64,000 bases of DNA from the human T2T-CHM13v2.0 reference genome, Homo sapiens: assembly GCF_009914755.1 (NCBI RefSeq), contig NC_060925.1, one strand, 5' to 3'. A program made the translations under genes and the position numbers. Position 1 is the stretch's first letter, and every line of letters starts with the position of its first letter. A model generated the notes under the pieces. That model did no database searches and was not told the origin of the DNA. It worked only from the letters and a program-made list of their open reading frames with translations. Below, piece by piece: positions 25,301-36,779 of this stretch.

Positions 25301-28099
25301 GGAAACGGGATTTCTTCATATTCTGCTAGACAGAAGAATTCTCAGTAACTTCCTTGTGTTGTGTGTATTCAACTCACAGAGTTGAACGATCCTTTACACA
25401 GAGCAGACTTGAAACACTCTTTTTGTGGAATTTGCAAGTGGAGATTTCAGCCGCTTTGAGGTCAATGGTAGAAAAGGAAATATCTTCGTATAAAGACTAG
25501 ACAGAATGATTCTCAGAAACTCCTTTGTGATGTGTGCGTTCAACTCACAGAGTTTAACTTTTCTTTTCATAGAGCAGTTAGGAAACACTCTGTTTGTAAA
25601 GTCTGCAAGTGGATATTCAGACCTCTTTGAGGCCTTCGTTGGAAACGGGATTTCTTCATATTATGCTAGACAGAAGAATTCTCAGTAACTTCCTTGTGTT
25701 GTGTGTATTCAACTCACAGAGTTGAACGATCCTTTACACAGAGCAGACTAGAAACATTCTTTTTGTGGAATTTGCAAGTGGAGATTTCAGCCGCTTTGAG
25801 GTCAATGGTAGAATAGGAAATATCATCCTATAGAAACTAGACAGAACGATTCTCAGAAACTCCTTTGTGATGTGTGCGTTCAACTCACAGAGTTTAACCT
25901 TTCTTTTCATAGAGCAGTTAGGAAACACTCTGTTTGTAAAGTCTGCAAGTGGATATTCAGACCTCTTTGAGGCCTTCGTTGGAAACGGGATTTCTTCATA
26001 TTCTGCTAGACAGAAGAATTCTCAGTAACTTCCTTGTGTTGTGTGTATTCAACTCACAGAGTTGAACGATCCTTTACACAGAGCAGACTTGAAACACTCT
26101 ATTTGTAGAATTTGCAAGTGGAGATTTCAGCCGCTTTGAGGTCAGTAGTAGAAAAGGAAATATCTTCGTGGAAAAACTAGACAGAATGATTCTCAGAAAC
26201 TCCTTTGTGATGTGTGTGTTCAACTCACAGAGTTTAACCTTTCTTTTCATAGAGCAGTTAGTAAACACTCTGTTTATAAAGTCTGCAAGTGGATATTCAG
26301 ACCCCTTTGAGGCCTTCGTTGGAAACGGGATTTCTTCATATTATGCTAGACAGAAGAATTCTCAGTAACTTCCTTGTGTTGTGTGTATTCAACTGACAGA
26401 GTTGAACTTTCATTTAGAGAGAGCAGATTTGAAACACTGTTTTTGTGGAATTTGCAAGTGGAGATTTCAAGCGCTTTGGGGCCAAAGGCAGAAAAGGAAA
26501 TATCTTCGTATAAAAACTAGACAGAATCATTCTCAGAAACTGCTGCGTGATGTGTGCGTTCAACTCTCAGAGTTTAACTTTTCTTTTCATTCAGCGGTTT
26601 GGAAACACTCTGTTTGTAAAGTCTGCACGTGGAAATTTTGACCACTTAGAGGCCTTCGTTGGAAACGGGTTTTTTTCATGTAAGGCTAGACAGAAGAATT
26701 CCCAGTAACTTCCTTGTGTTGTGTGCATTCAACTCACAGAGTTGAACGTTCCCTTAGACAGAGCAGATTTGAAACACTCTATTTGTGCAATTTGCAAGTG
26801 TAGTTTTCAAGCTCTTTTAGGTCAACGGCAGAAAAGGAAATATCTTGGTTTCAAAACTAGACAGAATCATTCCCACAAACTGCGTTGTGATGTGTTCGTT
26901 CAACTCACAGAGTTTAACCTTTCTGTTCATAGAGCAGTTAGGAAACACTCTGTTTGTAAAGTCTGTAAGTGGATATTCTGACATCTTGTGGCCTTCGTTG
27001 GGAACGGGATTTCTTCATATTCTGCTAGACAGAAGAATTCTCAGTAACTTCCTTGTGTTGTGTGTATTCAACTCACAGAGTTGAACGATCCTTTACACAG
27101 AGCAGACTTGAAACATTCTTTTTGTGGAATTTGCAAGTGGAGATTTCAGCCGCTTTGAGGTCAATGGTAGAATAGGAAATATCTTCATATAGAAACTAGA
27201 CAGAACGATTCTCAGAAACTCCTTTGTGATGTGTGCGTTCAACTCACAGAGTTTAACCTTTCTTTTCATAGAGCAGTTAGGAAACACTCTGTTTGTAAAG
27301 TCTGCAAGTGGATATTCAGACCTCTTTGAGGCCTTCGTTGGAAACGGGATTTCTTCATATTCTGCTAGACAGAAGAATTCTCAGTAACTTCCTTGTGTTG
27401 TGTGTATTCAACTCACAGAGTTGAACGATCCTTTACACAGAGCAGACTTGAAACACTCTTTTTGTGGAATTTGCAAGTGGAGATTTCAGCCGCTTTGTGG
27501 TCAACGGTAGAAAAGGAAATATCTTCGTATAAAGACTAGACAGAATGATTCTCAGAAACTCCTTTGTGATGTGTGCGTTCAACTCACAGAGTTTAACCTT
27601 TCTGTTCATAGAGCTGTTAGGAAACACTCTGTTTGTAAAGTCTGCAAGTGGATATTCAGACCTCCTTGAGGCCTTCGTTGGAAACGGGATTTCTTCATAT
27701 TTTGCTAGACAGAAGAATTCTCAGTAACTTCCTTGTGTTGTGTGTATTCAACTCACAGAGTTGAACGATCCTTTACACAGAGCAGACTTGAAACATTCTT
27801 TTTGTGGAATTTGCAAGTGGAGATTTCAGCCGCTTTGAGGTCAATGGTAGAATAGGAAATATCTTCCTATAGAAACTAGACAGAACGATTCTCAGAAACT
27901 CCTTTGTGATGTGTGCGTTCAACTCACAGAGTTTAACCTTTCTTTTCATAGAGCAGTTAGGAAACACTCTGTTTGTAAAGTCTGCAAGTGGATATTCAGA
28001 CCCCTTTGAGGCCTTCGTTGGAAACGGGATTTCTTCATATTCTGCTAGACAGAAGAATTCTCAGTAACTTCCTTGTGTTGTGTGTATTCAACTCACAGA

Positions 28100-31000
28100 G
28101 TTGAACGATCCTTTACACAGAGCAGACTTGAAACACTCTTTTTGTGGAATTTGCAAGTGGAGATTTCAGCCGCTTTGAGGTCAATAGTAGAAAAGGAAAT
28201 ATCTTCGTAGAAAAACTAGACAGAATGATTCTCAGAAACTCCTTTGTGATGTGTGTGTTCAACTCACAGAGTTTAACCTTTCTTTTCATAGAGCAGTTAG
28301 TAAACACTCTGTTTATAAAGTCTGCAAGTGGATATTCAGACCCCTTTGAGGCCTTCGTTGGAAACGGGATTTCTTCATATTATGCTAGACAGAAGAATTC
28401 TCAGTAACTTCCTTGTGTTGTGTGTATTCAACTGACAGATTTGAACTTTCATTTAGAGAGAGTAGATTTGAAACACTGTTTTTGTGGAATTTGCAAGTGG
28501 AGATTTCAAGCGCTTTGGGGCCAAAGGCAGAAAAGGAAATATCTTCGTATAAAAACTAGACAGAATCATTCTCAGAAACTGCTGCGTGATGTGTGCGTTC
28601 AACTCTCAGAGTTTAACTTTTCTTTTCATTCAGCGGTTTGGAAACACTCTGTCTGTAAAGTCTGCACGTGGATATTTTGACCACTTAGAGGCCTTCGTTG
28701 GAAACGGGTTTTTTTCATGTAAGGCTAGACAGAAGAATTCCCAGTAACTTCCTTGTGTTGTGTGCATTCAACTCACAGAGTTGAACGTTCCCTTAGACAG
28801 AGCACATTTGAAACACTCTATTTGTGCAATTTGCAATTGTAGATTTCAAGCGCTTTAAGGTCAATGGCAGAAAAGGAAATATCTTCGTTTTAAAACTAGA
28901 CAGAATCATTCCCACAAACTGCGTTGTGATGTGTTCGTTCAACTCACAGAGTTTAACCTTTCTGTTCATAGAGCAGTTAGGAAACACTCTGTTTGTAAAG
29001 TCTGTAAGTGGATATTCTGACATATTGTGGCCTTCGTTGGAAACGGGACTTCTTCATATTCTGCTAGACAGAAGAATTCTCAGTAACTTCCTTGTGTTGT
29101 GTGTATTCAACTCACAGAGTTGAACGATCCTTTACACAGAGCAGACTTGAAACACTCTTTTTGTGGAATTTGCAAGTGGAGATTTCAGCCGCTTTGAGGT
29201 CAATGGTAGAAAAGGAAACTATCTTCATATAAAGACTAGACAGAATGATTCTCATAAACTCCTTTGTGATGTGTGCGTTCAACTCACAAAGTTTAACTTT
29301 TCTTTTCATAGAGCAGTTAGGAAACACTCTGTTTGTAAAGTCTGCAAGTGGATATTCAGACCTCTTTGAGGCCTTCGTTGGAAACGGGATTTCTTCATAT
29401 TATGCTAGACAGAATAATTCTCAGTAACTTCCTTGTGTTGTGTGTATTCAACTCACAGAGTTGAACGATGCTTTACACAGAGCAGACTTGAAACATTCTT
29501 TTTGTGGAATTTGCAACTGGAGATTTCAGCCGCTTTGAGGTCAATGGTAGAATAGGAAATATCTTCCTATAGAAACTAGACAGAACGATTCTCAGAAACT
29601 CCTTTGTGATGTGTGCGTTCAACTCACAGAGTTTAACTTTTCTTTTCATAGAGCCGTTAGGAAACACTCTGTTTGTAAAGTCTGCAAGTGGATATTCAGA
29701 CCTCTTTGAGGCCTTCGTTGGAAACGGGATTTCTTCCTATTCTGCTAGACAGAAGAATTCTCAGTAACTTCCTTGTGTTGTGTGTATTCAACTCACAGAG
29801 TTGAACGATCCTTTACACAGAGCAGACTTGAAACACTCTTTTTGTGGAATTTGCAAGTGGAGATTTCAGCCGCTTTCAGGTCAATAGTAGAAAAGGAAAT
29901 ATCTTCGTAGAAAAACTAGACAGAATGATTCTCAGAAACTCCTTTGTGATGTGTGTGTTCAACTCACAGAGTTTAACCTTTCTTTTCATAGAGCAGTTAG
30001 TAAACACTCTGTTTATAAAGTCTGCAAGTGGATATTCAGACCCCTTTGAGGCCTTCGTTGGAAACGGGATTTCTTCATATTATGCTAGACAGAAGAATTC
30101 TCAGTAACTTCCTTGTGTTGTGTGTATTCAACTGACAGAGTTGAACGTTCATTTAGAGAGAGCAGATTTGAAACACTGTTTTTGTGGAATTTGCAATTGG
30201 AGATTTCAAGCGCTTTGGGGCCAAAGGCAGAAAAGGAAATATCTTCGTATAAAAACTAGACAGAATCATTCTCAGAAACTGCTGCGTGATGTGTGCGTTC
30301 AACTCTCAGAGTTTAACTTTTCTTTTCATTCAGCGGTTTGGAAACATTCTGTTTGTAAAGTCTGCACGTGGATATTTTGACCACTTAGAGGCCTTCGTTG
30401 GAAACGGGTTTTTTTCATGTAAGGCTAGACAGAAGAATTCCCAGTAACTTCCTTGTGTTGTGTGCATTCAACTCACAGAGTTGAACGTTCCCTTAGACAG
30501 AGCAGATTTGAAACACTCTATTTGTGCAATTTGCAAGTGTAGATTTCAAGCGCTTTAAGGTCAATGGCAGAAAAGGAAATATCTTCGTTTCAAAACTAGA
30601 CAGAATCATTCCCACAAACTGCGTTGTGATGTGTTCGTTCAACTCACAGAGTTTAACCTTTCTGTTCATAGAGCAGTTAGGAAACACTCTGTTTGTAAAG
30701 TCTGCAAGTGGATATTCAGACCTCCTAGAGGCCTTCGTTGGAAACGGGATTTCTTCATATTCTGCTAGACAGAAGAATTCTCAGTAACTTCCTTGTGTTG
30801 TGTGTATTCAACGCACAGAGTTGAACGATCCTTTACACAGAGCAGACTTGAAACACTCTTTTTGTGGAATTTGCAAGTGGAGATTTCAGCCGCTTTGAGG
30901 TCAATGGTAGAAAAGGAAACTATCTTCATATAAAGACTAGACAGAATGATTCTCAGAAAATCTTTTGTGATGTGTGCGTTCAACTCACAGAGTTTAACTT

Positions 31001-34000
31001 TTCTTCTCATAGAGCAGTTAGGAAACACTCTGTTTGTAAAGTCTGCAAGTGGATATTCAGACCTCTTTGAGGCCTTCGTTGGAAACGGGATTTCTTCATA
31101 TTATGCTAGACAGAATAATTCTCAGTAACTTCCTTGAGTTGTGTGTATTCAACTCACAGAGTTGAAGGATCCTTTACAGAGAGCAGGCTTGAAACACTCT
31201 TTTTGTCGAATTTGCAAGTGGAGATTTCAGCCGCTTTGAGGTCAATGGTAGAATAGGAAATATCTTCTTATAGAAACTAGACAGAATGATTCTCATAAAC
31301 TCCTTTGTGATGTGTGCGTTCAACTCACAGAGTTTAACCTTTCTTTTCATAGAGCAGTTAGGAAACACTCTGTTTGTAAAGTCTGCAAGTGGATATTCAG
31401 ACCTCCTTGAGGCCTTCGTTGGAAACGGGATTTCTTCATATTCTGCTAGACAGAAGAATTCTCAGTAACTTCCTTGTGTTGTGTTTATTCAACTCACAGA
31501 GTTGAATGATCCTTTACACAGAGCAGACTTGAAACACTCTTTTTGTGGAATTTGCAAGTGGAGATTTCAGCCGCTTTGAAGTCAATGGTAGAAAAGTAAA
31601 TATCTTCGTATAAAGACTGGACAGAATGATTCTCAGAAACTCCTTTGTGATGTGTGCGTTCAACTCACAGAGTTTAACCTTTCTGTTCATAGAGCAGTTA
31701 GGAAACACTCTGTTTGTAAAGTCTGTAAGTGGATATTCTGACATCTTGTGGCCTTCGTTGGAAACGGGATTTCTTCATATTCTGCTAGACAGAAGAATTC
31801 TCAGTAACTTCCTTGTGTTGTGTGTATTCAACTCACAGAGTTGAACGATCCTTTACACAGAGCATACTTGAAACACTCTATTTGTAGAATTTGCAAGTGG
31901 AGATTTCAGCCGCTTTGAGGTCAATAGTAGAAAAGGAAATATCTTCGTAGAAAAACTAGACAGAATGATTCTCAGAAACTCCTTTGTGATGTGTGTGTTC
32001 AACTCACAGAGTTTAACGTTTCTTTTCATAGAGCAGTTAGTAAACACTCTGTTTATAAAGTCTGCAAGTGGATATTCAGACCCCTTTGAGGCCTTCGTTG
32101 GAAACGGGATTTCTTCATATTATGCTAGACAGAAGAATTCTCAGTAACTTCCTTGTGTTGTGTGTATTCAACTGACAGAGTTGAACTTTCATTTAGAGAG
32201 AGCAGATTTGAAACACTGTTTTTGTGGAATTTGCAAGTGGAGATTTCAAGCGCTTTGGGGCCAAAGGCAAAAAAGGAAATATCTTCGTATAAAAACTAGA
32301 CAGAATCATTCTCAGAAACTGCTGCGTGATGTGTGCGTTCAACTCTCAGAGTTTAACTTTTCTTTTCATTCAGCGGTTTGGAAACACTCTGTTTGTAAAG
32401 TCTGCACGTGGAAATTTTGACCACTTAGAGGCCTTCGTTGGAAACGGGTTTTTTTCATGTAAGGCTAGACAGAAGAATTCCCAGTAACTTCCTTGTGTTG
32501 TGTGCATTCAACTCACAGAGTTGAACGTTCCCTTAGACAGAGCAGATTTGAAACACTCTATTTGTGCAATTTGCAAGTGTAGTTTTCAAGCTCTTTAAGG
32601 TCAACGGCAGAAAAGGAAATATCTTGGTTTCAAAACTAGACAGAATCATTCCCACAAACTGCGTTGTGATGTGTTCGTTCAACTCACAGAGTTTAACCTT
32701 TCTGTTCATAGAGCAGTTAGGAAACACTCTGTTTGTAAAGTCTGTAAGTGGATATTCAGACATCTTGTGGCCTTCGTTGGAAACGGGATTTCTTCATATT
32801 CTGCTAGACAGAAGAATTCTCAGTAACTTCCTTGTGTTGTGTGTATTCAACTCACAGAGTTGAACGATCCTTTACACAGAGCAGACTTGAAACATTCTTT
32901 TTGTGGAATTTGCAAGTGGAGATTTCAGCCGCTTTGAGGTCAATGGTAGAATAGGAAATATCTTCCTATAGAAACTAGACAGAACGATTCTCAGAAACTC
33001 CTTTGTGATGTGTGCGTTCAACTCACAGAGTTTAACCTTTCTTTTCATAGAGCAGTTAGGAAACACTCTGTTTGTAAAGTCTGCAAGTGGATATTCAGAC
33101 CTCTTTGAGGCCTTCGTTGTAAACGGGATTTCTTCATATTCTGCTAGACAGAAGAATTCTCAGTAACTTCCTTGTGTTGTGTGTATTCAACTCACAGAGT
33201 TGAACGATCCTTTACACAGAGCAGACTTGAAACACTCTTTTTGTGGAATTTGCAAGTGGAGATTTCAGCCGCTTTGTGGTCAATGGTAGAAAAGGAAATA
33301 TCTTCGTATAAAGACTAGACAGAATGATTCTCAGAAACTCCTTTGTGATGTGTGCGTTCAACTCACAGAGTTTAACCTTTCTGTTCATAGAGCAGTTAGG
33401 AAACATTCTGTTTGTAAAGTCTGCAAGTGGATATTCAGACCTCTTTGAGGCCTTCGTTGGAAACGGGATTTCTTCATATTATGCTAGACAGAAGAATTCT
33501 CAGTAACTTCCTTGTGTTGTGTGTATTCAACTCACAGAGTTGAAGGATCCTTTACACAGAGCAGACTAGAAACATTCTTTTTGTGGAATTTGGAAGTGGA
33601 GATTTCAGCCGCTTTGAGGTCAATGGTAGAATAGGAAATATCTTCCTATAGAAACTAGACAGAACGATTCTCAGAAACTCCTTTGTGATGTGTGCGTTCA
33701 ACTCACAGAGTTTAACCTTTCTTTTCATAGAGCAGTTAGGAAACACTCTGTTTGTAAAGTCTGCAAGTGGATATTCAGACCTCTTTGAGGCCTTCGTTGG
33801 AAACGGGATTTCTTCATATTCTGCTAGACAGAAGAATTCTCAGTAACTTCCTTGTGTTGTGTGTATTCAACTCACAGAGTTGAACGATCCTTTACACAGA
33901 GCAGACTTGAAACACTCTTTTTGTGAAATTTGCAAGTGGAGATTTCAGCCGCTTTGAGGTCAATAGTAGAAAAGGAAATATCTTCGTAGAAAAACTAGAC

Positions 34001-34350
34001 AGAATGATTCTCAGAAACTCCTTTGTGATGTGTGTGTTCAACTCACAGAGTTTAACCTTTCTTTTCATAGAGCAGTTAGTAAACACTCTGTTTATAAAGT
34101 CTGCAAGTGGATATTTAGACCCCTTTGAGGCCTTCGTTGGAAACGGGATTTCTTCATATTATGCTAGACAGAAGAATTCTCAGTAACTTCCTTGTGTTGT
34201 GTGTATTCAACTGACAGAGTTGAACTTTCATTTAGAGAGAGCAGATTTGAAACACTGTTTTTGTGGAATTTGCAAGTGGAGATTTCAAGCGCTTTGGGGC
34301 CAAAGGCAGAAAAGGAAATATCTTCGTATAAAAACTAGACAGAATCATTC
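28100..34350 (+). repeat. Direct copy of ~6700-12950 (offset 21,412-21,413 bp)
   Basis: ORF pairs 7008/28420, 8707/30120, 10747/32160 and 12510/33923. Shared rare variants: gacatattgtgg, ctcacaaagttt, gatgcttta, gcaactgg, gagccgtta, ctttcagg, gaacgttcattt, gactggac, agcatactt, ggcaaaaaagg and ttcgttgtaaac (11698/33111). Confidence 0.9.
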
Positions 34351-36450
34351 TCAGAAACTGCTGCGTGGTGTGTGCGTTCAACTCTCAGAGTTTAACTTTT
34401 CTTTTCATTCAGCGGTTTGGAAACACTCTGTTTGTAAAGTCTGCACGTGGAAATTTTGACCACATAGAGGCCTTCGTTGGAAACGGGTTTTTTTCATGTA
34501 AGGCTAGACAGAAGAATTCCCAGTAACTTCCTTGTGTTGTGTGCATTCAACTCACAGAGTTGAACGTTCCCTTAGACAGAGCAGATTTGAAACACTCTAT
34601 TTGTGCAATTTGCAAGTGTAGTTTTCAAGCTCTTTAAGGTCAACGGCAGAAAAGGAAATATCTTGGTTTCAAAACTAGACAGAATCATTCCCACAAACTG
34701 CGTTGTGATGTGTTCGTTCAACTCACAGAGTTTAACCTTTCTGTTCATAGAGCAGTTAGGAAACACTCTGTTTGTAAAGTCTGTAAGTGGATATTCAGAC
34801 ATCTTGTGGCCTTCGTTGGAAACGGGATTTCTTCATATTCTGCTAGACAGAAGAATTCTCAGTAACTTCCTTGTGTTGTGTGTATTCAACTCACAGAGTT
34901 GAACGATCCTTTACACAGAGCAGACTTGAAACATTCTTTTTGTGGAATTTGCAAGTGGAGATTTCAGCCGCTTTGAGGTCAATGGTAGAATAGGAAATAT
35001 CTTCCTATAGAAACTAGACAGAACGATTCTCAGAAACTCCTTTGTGATGTGTGCGTTCAACTCACAGAGTTTAACCTTTCTTTTCATAGAGCAGTTAGGA
35101 AACACTCTGTTTGTAAAGTCTGCAAGTGGATATTCAGACCTCTTTGAGGTCTTCGTTGGAAACGGGATTTCTTCATATTCTGCTAGACAGAAGAATTCTC
35201 AGTAACTTCCTTGTGTTGTGTGTATTCAGCTCACAGAGTTGAACGATCCTTTACACAGAGCAGACTTGAAACACTCTTTTTCTGGAATTTGCAAGTGGAG
35301 ATTTCAGCCGCTTTGTGGTCAATGGTAGAAAAGGAAATATCTTCGTATAAAGACTAGACAGAATGATTCTCAGAAACTCCTTTGTGATGTGTGCGTTCAA
35401 CTCACAGAGTTTAACCTTTCTGTTCATAGAGCAGTTAGGAAACATTCTGTTTGTAAAGTCTGCAAGTGGATATTCAGACCTCTTTGAGGCCTTCGTTGGA
35501 AACGGGATTTCTTCATATTATGCTAGACAGAAGAATTCTCAGTAACTTCCTTGTGTTGTGTGTATTCAACTCACAGAGTTGAAGGATCCTTTACACAGAG
35601 CAGACTAGAAACATTCTTTTTGTGGAATTTGGAAGTGGAGATTTCAGCCGCTTTGAGGTCAATGGTAGAATAGGAAATATCTTCCTATAGAAACTAGACA
35701 GAACGATTCTCAGAAACTCCTTTGTGATGTGTGCGTTCAACTCACAGAGTTTAACCTTTCTTTTCATAGAGCAGTTAGGAAACACTCTGTTTGTAAAGTC
35801 TGCAAGTGGATATTCAGACCTCTTTGAGGCCTTCTTTGGAAACGGGATTTCTTCCTATTCTGCTAGACAGAAGAATTCTCAGTAACTTCCTTGTGTTGTG
35901 TGTATTCAACTCACAGAGTTGAACGATCCTTTACACAGAGCAGACTTGAAACACTCTTTTTGTGAAATTTGCAAGTGGAGATTTCAGCCGCTTTGAGGTC
36001 AATAGTAGAAAAGGAAATATCTTCGTAGAAAAACTAGACAGAATGATTCTCAGAAACTCCTTTGTGATGTGTGTGTTCAACTCACAGAGTTTAACCTTTC
36101 TTTTCATAGAGCAGTTAGTAAACACTCTGTTTATAAAGTCTGCAAGTGGATATTTAGACCCCTTTGAGGCCTTCGTTGGAAACGGGATTTCTTCATATTA
36201 TGCTAGACAGAAGAATTCTCAGTAACTTCCTTGTGTTGTGTGTATTCAACTGACAGAGTTGAACTTTCATTTAGAGAGAGCAGATTTGAAACACTGTTTT
36301 TGTGGAATTTGCAAGTGGAGATTTCAAGCGCTTTGGGGCCAAAGGCAGAAAAGGAAATATCTTCGTATAAAAACTAGACAGAATCATTCTCAGAAACTGC
36401 TGCGTGATGTGTGCGTTCAACTCTCAGAGTTTAACTTTTCTTTTCATTCA
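32350..36450 (+). repeat. Tandem duplication of a 2,039 bp 12-mer
   Basis: ORF pairs 32564/34603, 33324/35363, 33552/35591 and 33923/35962. Variants aggaaacattctg and atttggaagtgg occur in exactly these two units. Confidence 0.85.
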
Positions 36451-36779
36451 GCGGTTTGGAAACACTCTGTTTGTAAAGTCTGCACGTGGATATTTTGACC
36501 ACTTAGAGGCCTTCGTTGGAAACGGGTTTTTTTCATGTAAGGCTAGACAGAAGAATTCCCAGTAACTTCCTTGTGTTGTGTGCATTCAACTCACAGAGTT
36601 GAACGTTCCCTTAGACAGAGCAGATTTGAAACACTCTATTTGTGCAATTTGCAAGTGTAGATTTCAAGCGCTTTAAGGTCAACGGCAGAAAAGGAAATAT
36701 CTTCGTTTCAAAACTAGACAGAATCATTCCCACAAACTGCGTTGTGATGTGTTCGTTCAACTCACAGAGTTTAACCTTT

